Below are positions 10,686 to 23,391 of a DNA stretch of 64,000 nucleotides, piece after piece. Location: assembly GCF_964204865.1 (NCBI RefSeq), contig NC_135258.1, forward strand, positions 15,624,001-15,688,000, written 5' to 3'. Source of the stretch: Styela clava (lineage: Eukaryota). Numbering within the stretch: the first letter of the stretch is position 1; each line of letters starts with the position of its first letter. Position numbers and translations under genes: made by a program. Under the pieces are notes generated by a model. That model did no database searches. It saw nothing but the letters and a program-made list of their open reading frames with translations, and was not told the DNA's origin.

Positions 10686-13600
10686 ATGTGTAGCACACTT
10701 ATCAGCAGTGACGATCGTTTAAGTCAAGTTTTATCGGCGAGTGGTATAAAACAAGAGCCATACAGCCCCGTGGAAAGTTCTGGGGGCTTCAGTGCTAGTT
10801 TCAATTCATCGGGAAGCAGTCCAGATAGTACAAGTTCTGATGGATTACCTTGTAGCCCGAGAAACGTCAGTGGCATACAATTCGGAGCCGGTTTGGACTT
10901 CTTTGGAGGCGAAAACTTCGACGCAAGTGGGGACTCTGGCCTGGGGTCTGCGAGCTCATTTTACACTGACGACGGAGTATGCTTCAACTGGACCAATAGA
11001 CCCACGGACATCAAACTAGAGCCTTTTAGCTCATGCGATTGTACGGAGGACGATATTTATCGATTCCGTTCGGAACTGCTCGATGCCGCCTTGCCAGAGA
11101 ATGCGGCATTGCACCCGTATTCAGATGGACTTTTGAAAGATGACAGACTTTCTCTTGTAACCGTTTCTCAACCAGCCCCTGTTTTAGTAAAAGTCCCATG
11201 CAGCACTTCGAACCCCACGTATGCCCCGGTATTACCCCAAAATGCCTCTCAATCTGTAACGTCACCGACCTCTCAAGCTTGCCACGTTAGTGGCAACGCT
11301 GCACCCAAGCGCCTATGTCTAGTATGCGGAGATGTGGCAAGTGGATATCACTATGGTGTTGCATCTTGTGAAGCTTGTAAAGCGTTTTTCAAGCGAACTA
11401 TTCAAGGTAAATATTGCGTAACTATTCTATCCCACTATATTACTTATCATGTATGACAAACAAACAGTTGCATAACAGTCTAGTTCGGCCGATACTGGTA
11501 TTAAAAGCGAAGTCATGAAATTTTAAATGCCTTGTTCCTACTTTAAACAATTCTATTTCCGTAGATGTCAGTTTGGAAGCCATCTAAATTACATTTATGA
11601 ACTTGCGTCAGAGCCCGGGTCCCAGTCACAAGATAATCTATTTTTGGTCGACTTCAAATATCGTTTTTGCTTAATTATCGATTTTACAAACCCTCGTTGT
11701 ATAATTTTAGCCATTTCATCCCTAAATACTCCATCATTTATGTTCAGGAAGTATTGATTACACATGTCCGGCTGCCAGTGACTGTGAAATCACCAAAAGA
11801 AGGCGAAAGTCGTGCCAATCTTGTCGGTTTACCAAGTGCCTTCGAGTGGGAATGCTCAGAGAAGGTAAGGACTCATTTAACTCGATCTTATCGTTTTCGT
11901 GATCGACTATTCTGATATAAGTATGGGAGGCTGGCTACCGTTTCCGAGTGTAATCATTACAAGGAGAGTTATCCAATTCAAATTCTACATTCAACTTTAT
12001 GGGATCTCTATTTGTTAACAAATTTTATTCCAAGGCCTGAGCGGATATGTGAGTCTGCGATTCAAAGAATTTGAAATCCCGGAACTAGAAATGCATGAAT
12101 GGTTGCACAAAAACAAGGCTCTTAATTGACCACCATCCCCGTGCTCTCTCGATCTGAAATTAGGTCCCATATTATCCATAAATGATCGGCTAATTGGTGA
12201 TGGATTATATCGTTTCATTGATTCAAAATAATGGGAATTTGTAGAAAATGACACCGGAAGCAAGTGACTTACTATTATACAACAAGCATGTCACGAATTG
12301 AATACCGTCATGGTGATTTCAAATATTCTCGACACACATTTCATCGCCCCAATGTATGACTAAAATACTAGATAGATGATAACTTGTACAAATCGCAATA
12401 ACAATGAAAGTACTGTAAATTTTAGTACTTACGATCCACGATATTTGCGTGAGTGACGATGAATTACCAGTATATTACACTTTCCCCACCACAATGGAAT
12501 CTACCAATGATGACATAGCATTTTATGGGCTTGTTTTCGTCACGTAGGTCGTAGACTGTACTTCAGAATGAAATGCAGTTTCCGGCTTATGTTCATTTAC
12601 TATTCCGATGAGAAATTCCTTCGAAGTTGTGGTTTCAGTTTGAAACTTATCAAAATCGATTTGAGCCATTGATGTACTGAAATTACAATTTATATAGATC
12701 TTGCATTAGAGACTGTCCAATCTCGACGGAATATATCCGATATAGACTAATTCGTATGTGTTGTCTCAATACAGTCAATGTACGCGGGAGATATTGTTTA
12801 ATGTCGGTAAAATTGATGCGTTTTTTATTTGTTTAAGGGCATGCGAAATAGTATTGAGGTGGTAATAAATGAAATTAAAACTCACACTCTGTGGAGTGCA
12901 AACCAATCACCCGGCATAAGTAAAACTTTCCAGGTATCCATATTCAAGATGCGTGACCCGGTAACCAACCGTCGTGTGCTTTTACCGGCAACCCCAGCCA
13001 CTAACGTTTTATTTGCCCACTCCGCGATTATGCAGCCGCAATATTTGCACCATAGTAGAGCAGTCAGACTCAACCAGCTACAATACCCGCTTATGTGTGC
13101 GTGATTAGCAAACAATGAGCAGGGATTATTGTAATAATTAGATTTTTGAAGCTGATCAAACATGGGGATTTGATAAATGACCAACTAACTTTCTATTGTT
13201 CCAGTCTTGATTCATTTTTATGAACAAATGGTGCCAATTCTATATCTGTGTATTATATATAATGATTTTTTTCATTACAATATCAGGGAAGTGCTATCTC
13301 ACGTTCCATTATCGAGGAAGAAAAATGTTGAATTTCTCGTTCCGCATGTACACCAAAATATGTAGTAACTGTCATGTTGTCGTAAACGATGTAAAGCGTC
13401 GACGTGTCTGCTTTCGAGAAACACGAATGCTGTATATCGATTGGCCAGCGCGCAAATGCAAGTATAGAGGGACACAATCTCTGGGTATTCCTGGGCTTGG
13501 TCGGTCCCACTTTTAAACGGAAAGAATTATTTGTACTCAAACTCAATTGGTAGACGGACAAGTTTGTCGGAGAAGCATTTTACTCATGTTCCAATTTTTC

Positions 13601-16600
13601 TCGTAACTTTTCCAAGTTATGTATGGTAAACGTAAGTGGAAGGCGGTTTGTCGGTTCCGAGGTGCCTTTATACCTAAAATAGTTCCATCATCATAGTGCC
13701 GTGCAAATGTCTTCCGTATTGCATTCAATGTTTGGCATATCCCGTCAGAATTAAGGCCAAAAGTTCACATTAATCAACATCGTGAACTTGGTTTCACTAT
13801 CCGTGATTTTGATGCCAACAGCCACTAATCTTTACAGTCAATAATATTATGCTACATAGTCTTGCGAAATAATCTTTGTTTGCCAGCGGCTATTATGACG
13901 TCATACGTCATTACATACGACAGGCCATAGGGCATAACACGGGCAGTGAATGGCGAACATATCAATGGCTAATTTTGGTCTCAGCAGCTTGGTTTTACAT
14001 AGATTCAGCAGTCCAAATTTTTTTTTGATAATTCTATTCTGGCAATACAACTGCAATCTTTTTGCCACATGGCTGTCCGAATGACATGCGAACTGAATCG
14101 GTTCAGTCGTAGCCGGTGCTGACCTCATCAGCGGAGTTAACGCTTGTTGTTGTTATGACTGTGTATGATAACAGTCATTGCTGGTAATCGTTAAAAAAAC
14201 GCAAATAACATGTCGTCACGTCTCGTAAAAGTTCGTAATCTGGAATTTTTGGTCGGAATTAAGTTCAGTATCTTATCCACAGCTGCGTAAAAACATTCCC
14301 GTTTGTCAGTTAAATAATATTATTAGGTTATAAATTTTTTGCTTGGGTCATTTTGTGTACGGAATAAGGCTGTTTGTTTTCAACAGAACTTCAAAACACA
14401 ATAGTCATAGATAAGTCGATATTCAAAACATTTTTATATCTGGAGAAATATCTTAATGAATGTGTGACTAATTCAACTCACCGGTTAGCAGTCTAAACAA
14501 TGCTATATAATCCTTTTGTTTTGCATGCGAAGTGAGACTTTTCACATGGTTTTTTGATCAATGGTAAACTACAAAATAAAAGGTGTACCTGGGCAAGTCG
14601 CACTCGTTTGACCTAGGGATTCTAGACGAAAATTCCGCCGCCCAGCAGTAATACATCCAACTCGCCGTTACTGAAAGCGCATCACTTTTCTATTATCATT
14701 GCAAGATGTATACTACGCTTTATTGCGTTAGTCGACTCGTCATGAAAGGACTCTATGTTTGTGAAGATTTCCAATCCCTTAACTTACATGTATGGAGAGC
14801 ATTGCACTTAATTAAATTATTCTGTTCATTTACAACAGGGGTTCGCCTGGATCGTGTAAGAGGAGGAAGACAAAAATATAAACGAAAAACAGAATCTGAT
14901 GGTCGAGATGCGTCTTCGTTGTATCCGATTCACTATGACGACAAACCACATTTTCCTCAAGGTAATAAATATATTTGGACACCTTTTTTAAATTTATATT
15001 CTGCCTGAAAACACCATCTATTTGTCACATCCCTGGAATATTATGTGTTAAAATGCAATATCATCCCTCGGGGTAAAATCATGATATGTTACAAATAAGT
15101 GTACGTGATATTGGACTCATAATTACACGTCAAGTTCTTGTTTTTCGTGCAATAAAATGCATGTCATGGCCACGCAACGCTGAATTGTTTTGGATGGAAA
15201 ATGTAGATTACGTACCACATTCTATTGGTTAAAAACATGGGCGTTTCACCGGATATTTGGGAATGTCTGTACAACTCGTGAAATTTAGCTTGTAGATTTC
15301 GAAAATGGTTGTGCTAACTCACTAGAAAGTATATTGCAGATCTCGTATTTTAATGAAGCTAATTTCAAACTTTCTTTACATCGTTTGGTTAATTACAGTA
15401 TCTTGACAACTTGTTCAATTTGTATTTCGTAAATGCACGATTACAATTTTAATCTGTCCAAATCCCAGAGCGGATTTCTTAATCGACCAATTTTTATATT
15501 GGCAATTTCATTACGCCAATGCAATAAACTTCCATATTGATTGCACAAACAAATTCATAAAGTACACCGGTAAAGTGACATGGCTATAAATGAACTTCGT
15601 CGTAAAAATGTCGATAATTATAGACTAATGTTTATAACAAATGAATGTATATGAATTTTCAAATACCGTACTGTGCTTTGTCATGAAAGCTCATTAATCA
15701 GGTAATGGATGGCTCAGCGCACTTCGCACCACATAATTGCAGTTTCTGTCTGTCACTTATCTTCCTCATATCCCCGTTGAAGGATGTTCAGTTTAACTCA
15801 TTTATCTTCCATGAACATAATTTATAAAGACCGTAGTGTTTATGCAAAAAGACTGGTGTAGAGTTTTTGATAGTATAAAATAATGAACGTCTTATGCTGT
15901 CGCATTCTGCTAGTTTGTGATTTATTGTGCGTACGGCATTTTCTCGTAACGCTTCTTACTTCCTTACATTCCAGCCAGCAAAGTCATCTCTAACCTCTTG
16001 CTTGCCGAACCAGACAAATTATTTGCATCACAAAATAACCAAGATATCTCTGACGCAAAAAGTGAGGACAAAATTTTGAACACTCTCTGCGATTTGGCGG
16101 ACCGAGAATTGGTGGTCATTATTGGATGGGCGAAACATATTCCTGGTAAGTACGTGTTTTGCACGTGACGTCACTGATGACGTCGAATCCGTTAGAATAT
16201 AAGAAGTATTTTGATGGATCAAATAATACAGTATATACCAAGTTTAAATTACGACTGGCCAATTTTAACATATGTCGAATGTTTTATATCCTTTCTCATA
16301 TAGGTGAAGTTTGTTAGGATTTAAAAAAAAATAGAGTAGACCGCAATCGCGTCGTTTGTTTGTTCGTCTTTCTATAAAATATCCCTACAATAGGCACCAA
16401 GTCGTGAAGAAAGCAATTTTAAATCAATCGTGTTTTTGTATTGTGACCTCAGGTCCGTAACTAGCTAAAGAATTCCGTTACAACTCCGCGTGGTGCCCTC
16501 TCGTAAAACTAATTAAGACTTAGGTGGATGTTTTGACTGGCATGGCGACAAGGAATAATATAGCCCAGCCATTACACTTGGCGTTTTTCTGTTACAATAT

Positions 16601-19023
16601 TGCTATGTTTCACTTATATTTTTGTGTAATTTCGCCTTTGCAGATACATGCTAACTACGTTTGCAACATGATTCAATGTGGCCAGGAAGAAGCTCGCCTG
16701 AGACTCAATTCGAAATCTGATTAATTGTACTTTTGAGTACGAAATTATTTTTTGAAAATTTAATCAGTCCAAGGTCCCAAATGAAAACAAGAATTAGGCA
16801 AAAAAAAATATCATATCATTGCGACATTCGTGATGTAACTCTAGCTACATCGCTTGTAACAAAGTGGCGAAATCATTAGGGGGGGTTTGGTCCTTTCTTC
16901 ACCTAACATACGTCATCAGTCTAATGACGACATCGAAACATACGAATCATGGCGCAATCGATCGAAAACCTATTCTTCCGCTTTGAGAACTCATGACAAA
17001 TGACATCATAAGTTTGTGACGTGAAGTGGCGCAAGAATGACTTTGCATTTATATCTTTCACGGTCCATCATGTTGCAGATTTGTGAAATGCCACCCCAAT
17101 TCCCATATGTTATGAGTGTTATTCTGTGTGCATTTCCACACAACTTATCAAATCAACTTATATTTTCTCGTACCGGGTTAACGGTGATTTCATGTGTTTT
17201 AGGATTCACCGTTCTGTCGTTGGCGGATCAAATGGCACTCCTACAATCGGCGTGGATGGAAATACTTATGCTTGGGATAGTATTTAGGTACAGTTTTAGA
17301 TTGAAATTTTTTTCTTTATATATAAATAGATAATGCTTACATAGCCACCATACTTTCATTTATCAACTCATACCTACTTGTTATCATTACGAAGCCAGGG
17401 TTGGAATAAACTGAATTATGACGTATTGAATTTCAGATCCTTGTCACACAATGAAAAAATCGTTTTTGCCGAGGATTTTATTTTGGATAGCGAAATGTGC
17501 CAGGCATCTGGTATGACGGAGTTCGCTCACTCAATACTTCAATTGCAAAGAAGATTGAAGTCTGTGGGCGTCAGCAAAGCCGAATTTGTCATTATGAAAG
17601 CCATTGCTCTTGTTAATTCCGGTTAGTAGCTGAATTCACATTCAAAGTTGTGGGCCTTGAAACTAGTTCATTCTAATTATCCCCCCATCGGAATTAGGCA
17701 CAATTATTACCGTATTTTAATCACATCTTTACTATGCCTTGAATTCATTTGACCGTGGTCTTGTGTGTAAGTATATACGGAAATAACGAATTTCAGCCAA
17801 CCAAACGCGTTCGGACGATAAGTGTTTGGCTGCCGCCTACTCGTTGAACTCTGCTCCAAGTTTAGTATACCGAAGGTAAATTTCCGTCTTTTTTCCCATG
17901 TTTGCGGTATTCTCTCGTTTGGTGACGACCTGTGTTACGCAATAAAGAGAGAGGAGTCCTCGTGACTTCATTCGCGACTTGCGATTGGTTGTTCCGTGAC
18001 ATCCTCTCGCTGATGAAGCAATCTCTTTGTGACGTATTCGAGAGAATGTGACGTACGCTTCGTTGCTAAGCAACTGCAGCGTTCGGAACCATATATGGCG
18101 TCTGTCTCTTGACAGAAGATCTCGCAAAGCGTACAATTTTAGAACGGAATTCAAAGCCTGTTTGTGTTATCGCTGCTGGCTTAGATTTCCAGGAACATAC
18201 ACGCTGTGTTAATGGCGGCGTATAAATGGATACGCGCCATCATAATTCGACAGGGGAGCTTTATTTTGTTCTCAAGGGACTCCTAAATCACGTCACTAAT
18301 ACGCTGTTGTGCGTATTTCGCCTCCATTTTCCGCAGTGTATTATGAATCTTGTCTAAATATTGCCGTAGCGCAGCCCAAATTAAACCTAGACGGTCCAAA
18401 ATTTGTGTAATGTTTATTATCGCAGCCCACAGGTCCAAAAATAGCCGCGCAGGAAAATTCCAGTAACCGGCAGTAACTAGTTATACATTTTCAGGGTGGT
18501 TTGTCTGCTTTGCTGTGTTACACGTGCATGATCTCGGTATTTTATTGTATGCCTGTCGTTCGATCATGTCATAATTCCTTGAACAGTCTATATAGCCGAG
18601 ATAGCAAGCTGTTTCATGGTTTTATCTCTTGCTTTCATGCATTTAAGAGTTTCATATCTATTGTTCCGCTGCACTGACGAATTACATATTGAACTTGCAT
18701 GGTACTTCAAAATAGGTATTGCTATATTTTACAAATTTTTATTTTTCAAATTTACCTAAACTCTAATTTTACTTTTAGATTCACCACATGTGGAAGATCA
18801 AGTTGGACTTTCAAAACTCCAAGACACTTTGCAAGATGCTTTGAACGAGCAATGCTTACTCCACCATCCAACTGATGGAAAACGGTTTTCCAGGCTCATC
18901 ATGTGTCTGCCATTACTTCGCCAAACATCTATGAAGGCTGTATCGTTTTTTCACGGAGTAAGACAACGCGGTGGCGTAGTAATGAGAAAATTATTTCTTG
19001 AAATGCTAGACGCCAAGATGTAA
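10686..19023 (+). CDS. ERR: Estrogen-related receptor (nuclear receptor NR3B), 7 coding exons, about 548 aa
   Basis: Exons (all GT-AG, phases consistent, CDS total 1647 nt): 10681/ATG 10686-11406, 11748-11864, 14839-14961, 15975-16145, 17203-17287, 17437-17621, 18779-19023 (TAA). DBD reads [85 protein letters not shown], with the ERR-diagnostic P-box CEACKA and T/A box. LBD contains [38 protein letters not shown] and the AF-2 helix [11 protein letters not shown]. Confidence 0.97.
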
Positions 19024-21030
19024 CAAAGTCTCTTATAAAGATAATATTTATTTATTAAAACTTCTCTATTTATTTTTGAGTAAGCGGTGATGTGCTTGCC
19101 AAACTTTGAAACACGGCGGCATCAGACTCTCGACTATGCACATAATGTGGAGCGGACCATTGAAGGAAACGTAGCATGGCACTTAAATCGAGATTGAATA
19201 AAGAGCGCGTTCGGTACATGTTCGTTGATCATATGTATCAGTAGCTCATTTCTGACGTGATCAGATAAGACATTCTGTAATCTATTTTTGAAGTTAGCTC
19301 GATTCAAAGTCACGACGCCATGCACTACTGCTCATTAAATCATTTGATACTCAGATTTTGGATGTTGCTGGCCTCCGCTGTCAACGCGCACTATCACCTG
19401 TTGTGCAAACGGTTGAAATGAACAGTAATGAGAATTTCGAAACATTTCTCCATTTTGACATTAGAGTATTTCCGAAACCGTGGCTGCTGTTGAGTTCTAG
19501 CTGCCTTTATTAAGTAGATGTCTCCAGCCTTCCTGAAAATTGTCATCCAATATTGGTATCGTGCCCAATTTTACAGCCGATACCTTCCTGTTTTATGTCT
19601 GCTAAAGCAAAATAATGTTGCTAAATTATCAAATCTGGCTACTATTCCCATGGCTTTTTGCTCGAATGGGGCTGTTTGACAAAATCAAACATGTAATGAG
19701 ATTTAATCTTCCACCCCGAACCGCTAATTTCACGAGCTGCCAACAAATTATTTTATTATGAATGCTGATTTATATATCTTTAAACCATTAATAGAATAGG
19801 ATGTTGCTATTTGCTACCTGTATATCTATACATAGAGCCCTTGTCTATATATATTTATATATAGCTCATGAAATTCGAAGCAATAGTAATATTCAGGCAA
19901 AACGTTTAGTAGCTTGCTAAAACCGGTCTTTTTCCTAAACATACTGTTTTTTGTTTTCTTAAGCTTTGTGCCATATTTTTTTTATCAAATTGTGTGAATC
20001 TGTCGATAATTTAGGCTATTTTATATTTTGTCGTATCTCGAGGCACTGTACTGTATAATTAATCGTAATATTATGATTATATTTCATTTTCATCTAACAA
20101 GGCGTCTACTTGTATTACTGCCATGACGTGTCAACTACATATGTGTGGTATTACGTATATAATAATTCCCCACGATTTCGTCACTTTGATCGCCATTATC
20201 TTATACCCCTAGCAAAATCCTAGTAACTGTTGACTCCGATTCAAATTTAATATAATTAACCCTACCGCCTTGGCGTTAGAGCACAAATTTCCATCATAAT
20301 TTTTCCCATCTAAGTTGTAATGTCGCAAGTTTGATATTGCTACTAAGTTTGATGCGTAAATCGGGGTCCACGTGTGGGCCTAACATGTGACAAGCATTTA
20401 CGCTCTGGTGCGGATTTAATTTGTAGGATTTCTTCCAAGGTGTTGTTTAATTTTCATTTATAATGTTAATTTTCACTTTTTTTTTGCATATTTTGATATT
20501 GTATATATCTATATTATGTTCTAATTCTTTACCTTTTTTTCTGCTCTGAATTCATATTTCACAAAAAAATAACTTAAAAAATTCTTCTGACAAACATAGC
20601 GTACAAACTTTAGTTCAAATTAAGCATCCCTACTATATTACCACATTGTGTGAGTTATTCATTAACATTTCTCGGTATTCGCCATTTATTTATTTCATTG
20701 CCATCGTTGTTCTGGTTCTCGGATTATTGTTACGTCATTATACACCACACTGTGAATACACAATGAACGCATTGTTCAAAAAAAAAAAAAAATCGGCCAA
20801 GTCAGTAAAATTCAATGGTAATTCTAAGTAAATCTAGCGATATGATGATCCCGAGTTCCACTTGTAAAAAAATCCTTCTGGCACTTCGTCTCTTGTTTGT
20901 TTTTCTTATTTACCTTCGCTTTTGAGAGTTTATTGTAATTAATATTTTTCTGAGAATATTAAGTTTTGATCTTAAATTTTTTTTATTGTTTATTATTTTG
21001 AGTGAAAATAAATATGATCCATAATTCAAA
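19024..21030 (+). other. Probable long (about 2 kb) ERR 3' UTR
   Basis: Follows the ERR stop codon, is U-rich with no recognisable repeat, and has AATAAA at about 21007-21012 followed by a U/GU-rich tract. The end is inferred. Confidence 0.5.
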
Positions 21031-21191
21031 ATGTTTATTTTTAAATGTGGTTGAAGTCTACTACAGTCGTCGCGATTTTAAATATTTCTGGAGCCGTAGT
21101 CGTTTATACGCGGTTTCCCAGCTGTCGGCTCATCTTCTCGTACCAGGCAACGTTATAGTACGATTTCCGGCAATTTTTCCAATGTGTGATG

Positions 21192-21603
21192 TTTATTAGA
21201 CACGTGAGTGGACCTATGAATCGTTTTAATATATTGTTGTTGTTCTTGTTAATTTTCGTCTTCATCGTTATAAAATCGCTTTTCCCTTCGAATACTGGAC
21301 CAATTGCTTTGGAATTTTCAGTGGTTAAAAGATTGATTTTTTGTCAGAAGGCTATTACTTTTATTTATTCCTAAATTTCCTATGAATCTTATGAATTCTA
21401 ATATTTCATCCAGAATTGCGTTGTATTACTGTTTAATCATGGAAACATGGTTTTTAATTCGTCAAGCGTGACGGCTGACTGTGAAAATCCTTGCAACTGA
21501 AAAATCGGAGGTTTTTTTAGGGTACGGTAGCGTCAAAGGTACTGCTTAAGGGATGCTTCGCTCTGGTCCACGTGTCCATATATTTGAGCGTTGCTCTCTT
21601 GTT
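21192..21603 (+). mobile_element. DINE-1/HINE-like non-autonomous Helentron element
   Basis: 5' subterminal ttattagacacgtg is inverted to 3' cacgtgtccata. A (ttg/ttc)-rich microsatellite-like tract lies near the 5' end and a 3' stem-loop gagcgttgctc is followed by tcttgtt. T-rich ends, no TSD. Homologous to 28254-28553. Confidence 0.65.
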
Positions 21604-23391
21604 ATGTTTATTATCCTTATCCAGTTATAGATGCCTCCCGTGGTTATGTGAGAAGGCGACTGCACAGTATACCTTTGTTAGAGTCGTTTCCCATTCCGTT
21701 ACCAACTGATCGATATTCTGCGTAAAATATGGTCAGAGGCGATAAAGAGAAATATTTTAAATGCAAAACAATGACGCTAAAATTTGATTTTCGGCATGTG
21801 CCTCCTGATAATGTTCTGTAGCCCCGAGATGGAAGCGGGCCTGTTGGCCCGATCGAAGTATCAGCGAGTATCTTGAGACTGGCTTGTGGCGACGTAGACT
21901 AGTAAGGAAATTAGAGGCATGCAGAACCGGTCAATACCGCCACCCAGCTAAATTATTTATAAAAATGAGGCTAGTGGTGATGATAGGGCTTACCATGAAA
22001 CGGGGTACCATGAAAAATATTATATATTCAAAAACATTTAAGTCTGCAAGTGCTGCTGCTTCATGGGGTTTACAATATCAGAAACATACGATTCTTTAAA
22101 ACCCGCCTTAGGGTTGGGTATATCCAAAGGCAATATCGGCCTCTTTGTTACATTTGTTAGCATACAGTTTTCTTAGCCATCCGTCTCCATCTATCTGTAA
22201 CGCCCAATTGCTTCCATATTCTAATTAAACTGGTGAGCGGGCCATGGCACATCCTTTAGCAAATTTTCATGCGCCTGTTCATACTTATTTTGATATTGCC
22301 CACCCATTCAACAACTCCAGCAGTCGTGTATGCATATTTGTATTGACTTAGTATTTATTTTAGTTATGCTATGTTAAAACACCAATATATATATATCATT
22401 TTCATAAACATGGCAAATTTCTCAGAGTGAATGTTTCATAACCAGCATTTTGATTCAACATGTTACCATCTACCATTTAAAAGAACTATTTTCTGTCTTT
22501 TGGCATTTTCTGGAATAAATTGTGGACTGGACTAATACGTTTCAGATTATAAAATGATCACGGAGTCATTTGATTTATAGTTATAGGTGAAAGTTAACGT
22601 CAATGATGCTTTGTCGAATCAAGCAATTCAGGTTAGAGTATTTTTCAACTTTATTGAAGGCATATAATAAATCATTTCATTTTCTTGTACTATAGTAAAA
22701 CATGGCCCTTCAAAACGGCGACTGTTTATTTTTTTATTTCTCCTAAATTTAATTTAATTGAAATATAGCTAATTAAACATTTTTGGGATTTATAGTCGTA
22801 GCTCACTGACTGCGACATTGTCATTTTTGCCCGTCAGCGGTTTTATGTATAAATACGTATTATAGTTCGTTTAGTTTGATATGAATCTTTAGATTAAGTT
22901 GTGCCTACACAGTGATTTTGCCAGAGGCTATTGAGATTAGGCATTCACTTGGTACCGTCGTCGCGAGAAGTCAGGTATCGCGAGGTCTCGCTTGTGCTAT
23001 ATTTGAGAATGTTGCTACACGAAAAAATTTGTGGATAAGATATCTCAATATAATTTCAGGATATTAGAAATCATTTTAGGCTGTGAGGTTGAGGGCTTGG
23101 CTAGTAGTATATTTTTGATATCGGTTAGTTCAGTTAGTGAGTTAACATAGCTTAATTTGATAAGTGGATTTTATGTGAAACACTTCAATTAGTAAATTTT
23201 AACAAGTCAACAATTAATATCGGTAACGTCATTTGATAATAATAAAAAAAAATATTAAAAAATATTGACAACCTGGATGCCCTATCCATTTAAGAAATCA
23301 GGGCAACTTTCGACAATGTATATTTCAATTTAATATACGAGAGAATATTTAAAATTATTCAATTTGATTTAGAATCACCATAACGAAGATC

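Noticed and set aside
15971-15978. Tandem acceptor ccag-ccag at an ERR exon
   Set aside because: The distal AG is 4 nt downstream and would shift the frame; no support for functional use.
18355-18480. Repeated cgcagccca/ggtccaaaa units in the last ERR intron
   Set aside because: Probably a MITE remnant, but TIRs and TSD are too degraded to call.
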